This document shows positions 58,016 through 64,000 of a stretch of DNA of 64,000 nt, piece after piece. How positions within the stretch are numbered: position 1 is the stretch's first letter; each line of letters starts with the position of its first letter. The position numbers and the translations under genes were made by a program. The notes beneath the pieces were generated by a model. That model searched no databases and had not been told where the DNA came from. It worked only from the letters and a program-made list of their open reading frames with translations. The DNA is from a virus. Its lineage: Duplodnaviria > Caudoviricetes. The stretch lies in IMG/VR virus record IMGVR_UViG_2030936005_000025, positions 160,001 through 224,000 of that record, one strand, 5' to 3'.

Positions 58016-60235
58016 ATGGATACATTTTCCAAAGTGATACCAGGTAAAGTAGTTAATAACGGTATTGTAAGCCGAGAGACTTTCTCTTCTGCTGTTCCCG
58101 TTATTTCTTCCCCTGCTCACTTTCCGGACTTTGCTGCCGTAACGCCTAAGGGCGCGACTAAGCACGGTACGGTGTCAATGGCGACCTTCAACGATAAGTT
58201 TGGGGACACCACTGACGCATTCGGGTTGTATTATAACCCGGTCACTCTCGCCATTCAAAAGTTAGGTGCTGCGGCACAAGCTTCTTTTGGTTTTAAGCGC
58301 CTGACTAACAACACAGTCAAAGCACGCGTGATCGCGGGTATTGCAATCTTCACCGGTGAAGTTCCAAACTATAAACGTGATACCATTACTGGTGATTACG
58401 AGTTTGATGACGCTGGTAACCCAATTGTCGATACTGACACCCCGACTGTTCAAGGTAAATGGGTTTGCCCAGGTGTCTTGAAAACGACCGGTGATGTTGG
58501 AACCGCCAAAGCATTTGAAGTTACTTCTGATGCATCTATCCCAGAAATTCCTGAAGGGACTGCCGGCAAGTTCTGGCCATTGAAAGAGTACGTCTCCGGT
58601 ATCGGTGACTACTACAACAACGGTTATGCTGCATTCGGTCATAACACACTGACTGATTGGAACGCCGTCACTGAGTTCATCGAAGCCAACGGTGCATTCC
58701 CGTTTGTTCTGAACATCGGTACTGTCACCGACGCTGGTCTGCGTGTACCTGCTGCTACCGTAAATGGTACGCCAGATACTACGTTCACCATGTTCGATGT
58801 GGTCTCTGCTGAGAACGTTCGTTACAGCCTGAAAGCGGCTGTGGATTCCTACACTGGTGCCAACGTTAACCGTCAGGTTGAAACCGTTGATGCACCGTTC
58901 GAAGACAGCTATGTTTACGCGAATAACGTAAACGCAGTTGCCAAAGAACTATATGATGCTGAATACGGTACTGGGTCTGCTGAAGTCCCGCCTGTTGTTC
59001 AGTCTAAGCGTTTCCCGAAATTCGCTATCATGAACATGTGGGATCTGGTTAACCATAATGGTGTTCCATACAAACATATCGTGTTTGGTGGCAACTTCAA
59101 TCTGGCGACTCAGGCGAACACTGTCACTGGTACCCGTATCAGTCTGAACCATTACCTGCAAGCTAACGGCGGTATCAACCCGTACGCTGACGCGGATGGT
59201 AAATACCTGGCAGCGCCAAGCAATTGGAACGCAGCTAAGTACGGTGACTGGGTTGTGGACAACAGTGATCCGGATGCTATCCTTTCTCATGCTCAGTGCT
59301 GGGAAATGAACCAGATGCTTCTGGAAGCTTGGCTGACCGAATATAAATCGTCTCTGGATATCAAAGACGTGATTCGTAACCGTATCTCTTTCCTTTGGGA
59401 TATGGGTTACAAACAGTCGATCAAAAACCTGATCATCAGCTTCATGTCTGTGCGTAAAGATTTCATCGCTGTTCCTTGTGCGACCGAATATCTGAAAGAC
59501 AAAACGCAGGATGAACTCTACTCTACCGCAACCATGTTGAATACTCGTATCAGCATGATTCCAGAGTCAGACGTTTATAAGTCTCACGCTTGCCGTGCGT
59601 CTATCAACCTGTGGAATGCACGCTACATCGACGAACCTACCTGGGGTCGTTTCACTCTGAACATCGATCTGATGTACTCCTTTGCTCTGGCAGGTGGTGG
59701 TTCTGATGGTCGTATCTTCGCAGCTCAGATGCCTGACCACGAAGGTAACCGTATCCTGCGTATTGCGCATGATCCGTTTGTTCAGTTCGAAGCTGACAAC
59801 CCAGCAGCAGCCAACCTGATTAACGGTAACATCACCGTTACTCCGATCACCGAGTCTCAGTTCTGCCGTCCGGCACTGCCTACTGTTTATGACAACATCA
59901 ACAGTGTGCTGAAAGATCTGACCAACGTGTGGAAGTGTGTGGTTGTTGAGAAGATTCTTCAAGATCAGTGGATCCAGGTTTCTGGCGATACTCAGATGAC
60001 CAAAGAAGGTTACCTGTCTACCGTTAAGGATAACTCTGAAGCTCTGATCCGCGATCGCTTCGGTTCAGTTATCGGTAACTGGGAAGTTGTGACTTCGTTC
60101 CTCGAAGATTCACCGACTTCTAAATCTGTGATGTATGCTGTTACTAAGCTGTGGCTGGGTAAAGGTGTGTACATGATGGATTCAGTGCTGGAAGCTTACA
60201 ACGAAGATAGCCTGGCAACCTCCACTGCAGCGTGA
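58016..60235 (+). CDS. tail sheath protein (phiKZ gp29-like)
   Basis: 739 aa, followed by a tube-sized gene; FLWDMGY and RASINLW segments; synteny. Confidence 0.85.
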   Translation: MDTFSKVIPGKVVNNGIVSRETFSSAVPVISSPAHFPDFAAVTPKGATKHGTVSMATFNDKFGDTTDAFGLYYNPVTLAIQKLGAAAQASFGFKRLTNNTVKARVIAGIAIFTGEVPNYKRDTITGDYEFDDAGNPIVDTDTPTVQGKWVCPGVLKTTGDVGTAKAFEVTSDASIPEIPEGTAGKFWPLKEYVSGIGDYYNNGYAAFGHNTLTDWNAVTEFIEANGAFPFVLNIGTVTDAGLRVPAATVNGTPDTTFTMFDVVSAENVRYSLKAAVDSYTGANVNRQVETVDAPFEDSYVYANNVNAVAKELYDAEYGTGSAEVPPVVQSKRFPKFAIMNMWDLVNHNGVPYKHIVFGGNFNLATQANTVTGTRISLNHYLQANGGINPYADADGKYLAAPSNWNAAKYGDWVVDNSDPDAILSHAQCWEMNQMLLEAWLTEYKSSLDIKDVIRNRISFLWDMGYKQSIKNLIISFMSVRKDFIAVPCATEYLKDKTQDELYSTATMLNTRISMIPESDVYKSHACRASINLWNARYIDEPTWGRFTLNIDLMYSFALAGGGSDGRIFAAQMPDHEGNRILRIAHDPFVQFEADNPAAANLINGNITVTPITESQFCRPALPTVYDNINSVLKDLTNVWKCVVVEKILQDQWIQVSGDTQMTKEGYLSTVKDNSEALIRDRFGSVIGNWEVVTSFLEDSPTSKSVMYAVTKLWLGKGVYMMDSVLEAYNEDSLATSTAA

Positions 60236-60248
60236 TAAGGAATAAGAA

Positions 60249-61151
60249 ATGAGCACTAACTTTCCGCATCGCGATAATCTGACCTTGATGCCGGGTAACT
60301 CTGAATTTAAACGCGCGTTTGATATTGGTGAAACACCAGTGATCAATGCCGCGGCCGGCGGTGAGTATGGTTTCGCACCAGACAACTTCCGCTATGTTTC
60401 AGAGCAGCCTTACGTATCGCAGCGTCCTTATTGCGTAAACCTGTCAACTCCGTCTGCATTCAGTTCGCTTCCAGCGGGTGCTGAGCTTCATGGTCTGCTT
60501 CGTGCATACATGGAAACTCGTAGCCGTAACTGGAGTGGTCTGACTGCTCGTACGACTGTTGATTATCATGACATCACTTGGGCAGGTGGTTCTACCCTGA
60601 GCTTCCCTGTTGGTTCAAGCCGTCAGTTCGGTTCCGTGACCCACATGGCACTGGACCCTGAAGGTGAGAGCTTCTCCAAGCTGTTTGATACCTGGATCGA
60701 CTATCTGTTGAACGACCCAGTGATTCGTCACCCGAAAATCATCACCCTGAACTACAGCGGTGATCTGCTTCTGGACGAAATCTCTATGAGTTCGGTTTAC
60801 TTTGAACCGACTCGTAACTGGAAAGACGTTCGTCACGCATTCATTTGCTTGGCACAGATGCCGAAAGAAGGTCCGAACTACGAGTTTGGCTTTGATGTCG
60901 ATAACGGCTCAGGCGCAGTTCGTGAAATCAGTACCGAGTTTACTGGTCTGATTGAGTTCGATACCTTGGCCGCTAAACAGATCGCACGTGCTGTAATGAA
61001 GCGTATGCCTCTTTACAACCCAGCCGGTCGCGCAGCGCCAGCAGGCTTCCTGGTACCAACTGCAACTCTGCAGGGTCTGCCGAATAACGGTCTGACTTCT
61101 CTGATGCAGCAAGATGCCCGCCGTATCTCTGATCCTAAGTATATGGCATAA
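60249..61151 (+). CDS. tail tube protein (phiKZ gp30-like)
   Basis: 300 aa directly after the sheath gene. Confidence 0.8.
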   Translation: MSTNFPHRDNLTLMPGNSEFKRAFDIGETPVINAAAGGEYGFAPDNFRYVSEQPYVSQRPYCVNLSTPSAFSSLPAGAELHGLLRAYMETRSRNWSGLTARTTVDYHDITWAGGSTLSFPVGSSRQFGSVTHMALDPEGESFSKLFDTWIDYLLNDPVIRHPKIITLNYSGDLLLDEISMSSVYFEPTRNWKDVRHAFICLAQMPKEGPNYEFGFDVDNGSGAVREISTEFTGLIEFDTLAAKQIARAVMKRMPLYNPAGRAAPAGFLVPTATLQGLPNNGLTSLMQQDARRISDPKYMA

Positions 61152-61170
61152 AAAAAATACATAAGTATTT

Positions 61171-61202
61171 ACTCCTACTCACCTGGAAGGGTGAGTAGGA
61201 GT
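61171..61202. terminator. bidirectional terminator
   Basis: actcctactcacc-tggaag-ggtgagtaggagt with T and A runs on either side. Confidence 0.8.
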
Positions 61203-61213
61203 TTTTGTTGTGC

Positions 61214-61624
61214 CTAACAATTTCTTATGTAACTTTTCAACTTTAACTGTATCTCGGATAACATCTTTCCATTAACAGGATCGAACGCCAATAAGTTAGC
61301 GGGATCCTTCATGTTACTAAAATCAAAAAGATATTTGGAAAGACGACTGGTCTTATACCGGGATATAAAATGTTCGACTTGCTCAACAGGATTTACACCA
61401 TCTATGATTGGAAAGGTAATGGTCTCCGTCTTCCCTTTCCAACGATAAGTGCACAGCCGGGTATTGGGCTTGCCGGTTACAATGATCCTTCTGTTATTGT
61501 GAATAATAACAAAGCTATCACTGGTTTCCGTATAGGTGACTTTGTCCTTCTTCACCCCATCCATGACATGCCCTATACCCATAGCCATCAAGAACAAGAG
61601 AAAGAAAAGGATAAATGTCATCAT
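61214..61624 (-). CDS. N-terminally membrane-anchored protein
   Basis: Hydrophobic N-terminus. Confidence 0.7.
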   Translation of the reverse strand: MMTFILFFLLFLMAMGIGHVMDGVKKDKVTYTETSDSFVIIHNNRRIIVTGKPNTRLCTYRWKGKTETITFPIIDGVNPVEQVEHFISRYKTSRLSKYLFDFSNMKDPANLLAFDPVNGKMLSEIQLKLKSYIRNC

Positions 61625-62082
61625 CGCTTCAATAACACCTTCAGTAGTAAATTCCTTTTGAACTCTCGATATAACGAGAGATCCTCTTTGGTCAGATATA
61701 GACCTTTGAGTTTGGTTTCTTCGATTACACCTTCAGCCAGAGAGATAAAGTTTTCATGCACGCCTTCTAAGTGTTTAATTAAATTCACGTAGTCACGGAA
61801 TGAAGAATTACTCGGTAGCTGAATGCTCATGTGCCTTACACCTTTTACTGTGTAAGTAGGTGAAACTATATTCTCATTGTAGAGTATGTCAAGCGTCCAA
61901 TATCGGGAACGTTCATCGATCAAAGATAAATGGAATCGATTAACGAGCACCTGGTGCCAACTTAGTTTATGTTTCGATGGAGGGATGTCTCGAATCCACC
62001 ACCAACCTCCACCACCAACAAGAGCTAATATTCCACATACTGTAAGCGCTAACATCAACCAGTCATTAGGGTTGCGTAACAC
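61621..62082 (-). CDS. membrane-anchored protein
   Basis: TM segment LMLALTVCGILALVGGGGWWWI. Confidence 0.7.
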   Translation of the reverse strand: MLRNPNDWLMLALTVCGILALVGGGGWWWIRDIPPSKHKLSWHQVLVNRFHLSLIDERSRYWTLDILYNENIVSPTYTVKGVRHMSIQLPSNSSFRDYVNLIKHLEGVHENFISLAEGVIEETKLKGLYLTKEDLSLYREFKRNLLLKVLLKR

Positions 62083-62788
62083 TACCTCCTCCTAGAGCGA
62101 TATAGGTTGCTCTGATTAATTCCAGAGCGCTCTTTTCATCGTACAGTTTCTCAGCAAAATCATCCCATTCAGGTTTAAAAAATTCCATACCGATATCTGG
62201 GTAACTCTTCCAGTGATAACCTTCGGCACCAAATTTCTCTATGAGATGATTGTAGACATCCTCCACGATGACTACCTCGTCCATGTTTCGCTTGAGACGG
62301 AATTGAACTGCCCGACGCACATATTTGGCAAAGTCTGGCGCACCACTATCTGCGACGCTAACGATGGAGCTAATCAGTGAGCTGGGTTTGTAATGGTTAG
62401 AACTACGGTGCTCAAGCACCGCCGTGGCGATAGTCATTACTTCATCATCATCAAACTCATCAAACCACAAAGTGTCGATAAGCTGATATGTTAATCCGTA
62501 TCCTATCAAATGATGCTGCGAACGTTCATACCGACAACCAATGTCATGGAGCAGACATGCGACGTAAACCAGCAGGGTATCAGTTTCGTTAAGTTCTACT
62601 TTCTTACAGATCTCTTTTGCCAGTTTACAGACATCGTAAACATGAGACAAATTGTGCGCCGGATCATTTAAGGAAATAGAATGAACACAATGGCGGAGGA
62701 ACTCTCTTCTGATACGATGATCAAAGAGCTCAGCCCATTCAATCTCCGTAGCAATGAGTTTCTCGTCCAATGTAATAACGTTTTCCAT
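62066..62788 (-). CDS. HD-domain phosphohydrolase
   Basis: H...H (AHNLSH), LLHDIG, EHRS, VADS. Confidence 0.85.
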   Translation of the reverse strand: MENVITLDEKLIATEIEWAELFDHRIRREFLRHCVHSISLNDPAHNLSHVYDVCKLAKEICKKVELNETDTLLVYVACLLHDIGCRYERSQHHLIGYGLTYQLIDTLWFDEFDDDEVMTIATAVLEHRSSNHYKPSSLISSIVSVADSGAPDFAKYVRRAVQFRLKRNMDEVVIVEDVYNHLIEKFGAEGYHWKSYPDIGMEFFKPEWDDFAEKLYDEKSALELIRATYIALGGGSVTQP

Positions 62789-62831
62789 TTAAGCTTCCTT
62801 CGTAAACTAACTATGTAAGGGTATCGACATA

Positions 62832-62848
62832 ATAATATCTGTCTATTT
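62832..62848 (-). promoter_or_regulatory. early-type promoter motif
   Basis: Minus strand AAATAGACAGATATTAT. Confidence 0.5.
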
Positions 62849-62878
62849 ATTATTTTAATAAAAAAAGTAAAGGAACGA

Positions 62879-62906
62879 AGCTAGAGTGCGAATTCGCACT
62901 CTAGCT
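62879..62906 (-). terminator. intrinsic terminator
   Basis: Palindrome agctagagtgcgaattcgcactctagct with a minus-strand T run. Confidence 0.75.
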
Positions 62907-62918
62907 ACAAAGGATTAA

Positions 62919-63584
62919 TTAAGGTTCTTCTGCAGCAGCAATATATGTGTTGTCAAGATCCAGTTTCAGACCTTCACATGTATCACGTACTTTGGACATC
63001 GCCTTATCCAATTGCTTGGCGGTAAACAGCGGACTCCAGGCAATCCCTTCGACCATGTTATCTTCAGTACCCTTATCAATCACGAATGCTAAGATAGTAT
63101 CGCCAGGTAGTGAAGCGGCTTTATGTAAACCTGCCAGATAGTCATTATCACCGTTGGCTGTTGAGAATACTGGGTCTCGGTTCTCATCTGCCTCACGAAT
63201 ATCGGTTACATCTTTACCGTATTCCATGATGGAGATATCCACCTTACCTTTGGGAACGTAACCCTCATCATTGACAATCGAGTAACTGATGGCAGCTCCC
63301 TTCATACGTAAGTCACAAACAAATACAACAGCCGCAGGCTTAGTGTCTTTGCCCTTCAGTCCCACGGTATAACCAAACAGGTTTTCCTGGAACTTAAAGT
63401 TCTTAACCGTTAACTGATCAGCCATTACACCTTTGTGGAGAACTTTACCGTAGAACTTATCGGCATCTAACTGAGATTGAACTTTGGCGTTCTTGCTCAG
63501 ATCAACCTGACCATCGTCAGATTTATCACAACCGACCAACAGAAATACCACAACCAACATAATGCAGCTAAAGAGCTTTTTCAT
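62919..63584 (-). CDS. putative lipoprotein
   Basis: MKK plus hydrophobic stretch plus lipobox LVGC. Confidence 0.75.
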   Translation of the reverse strand: MKKLFSCIMLVVVFLLVGCDKSDDGQVDLSKNAKVQSQLDADKFYGKVLHKGVMADQLTVKNFKFQENLFGYTVGLKGKDTKPAAVVFVCDLRMKGAAISYSIVNDEGYVPKGKVDISIMEYGKDVTDIREADENRDPVFSTANGDNDYLAGLHKAASLPGDTILAFVIDKGTEDNMVEGIAWSPLFTAKQLDKAMSKVRDTCEGLKLDLDNTYIAAAEEP

Positions 63585-63611
63585 CTACTTATTTCCTATG
63601 AATGGACATAA

Positions 63612-63641
63612 CAACTCTACCCCCAAACGGAGGTAGAGTTG
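63612..63641 (-). terminator. intrinsic terminator
   Basis: caactctacc...ggtagagttg. Confidence 0.7.
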
Positions 63642-63646
63642 AGAGG

Positions 63647-64000
63647 TTATTTGTTTTGGGTAGAACAAGGATGTTGGTTCAGGGTCAGGGCCGAAGTCAT
63701 GACAACTAAATCAACAGGAATGAATACTGCTTTTGAAGATGCTTGCACTTCTTCTAAGGAGTTGGCTACCCCGAAGACAAAGTACTTGAAACCTTCTTTA
63801 GCGAGATTGTCTTTCAATTGGAATGCAGTGATCATGAAGGCATCGCCCACAGGAACCTTATCACCCTTTGAAATAATCCCGCGCCATGCAGAAGCAACAA
63901 TGACATTTGATTTGGACTTAGCCATGTTGAAATAAATCTTATTGGCTGTTGGCGGGTTCTTGCCATCCAAACTGGTTACTTCCCAGGTGAAACCATCGTG
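63647..64000 (-). CDS. hypothetical protein (partial, starts beyond the window)
   Basis: The frame stays open to the right edge (HDGFTWEVTSLDGKNPP...). Confidence 0.65.
   Translation of the reverse strand, partial: HDGFTWEVTSLDGKNPPTANKIYFNMAKSKSNVIVASAWRGIISKGDKVPVGDAFMITAFQLKDNLAKEGFKYFVFGVANSLEEVQASSKAVFIPVDLVVMTSALTLNQHPCSTQNK

Overview
A 64-kb segment of a phiKZ-like, nucleus-forming jumbo myophage (Chimalliviridae-type), probably with an enterobacterial host, judged from an Erwinia AmsF-like gene and an E. coli-like SSB tip. 1-21.7 kb (nearly all minus strand) is the conserved core block: gp70-like, PicA-like, gp68-like nvRNAP factor, SSB-like, SbcD-like nuclease, nvRNAP beta-prime N-part, chimallin, B-family DNA polymerase and PhuZ tubulin. 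21.8-38.8 kb is a leftward run of mostly unknown accessory genes plus an AmsF-like beta-helix protein. 38.9-44.2 kb is a plus-strand island that mixes small genes (Tad2, glutaredoxin, an NrdA-tail-like peptide) with dense structured RNA. That RNA includes a ~500-nt hairpin array, tRNA-Asn, two related tRNA-like RNAs with enlarged anticodon arms, and an ~850-nt RNA with a canonical hammerhead ribozyme core. 44.8-61.2 kb holds dTMP kinase, large terminase, virion proteins, tail sheath and tail tube. A possible Tad1-like/Acb1 fusion lies at 8.9-9.6 kb. All homology calls come from remembered motifs and synteny, and all RNA pairings were read by eye; no searches or folding programs were run.
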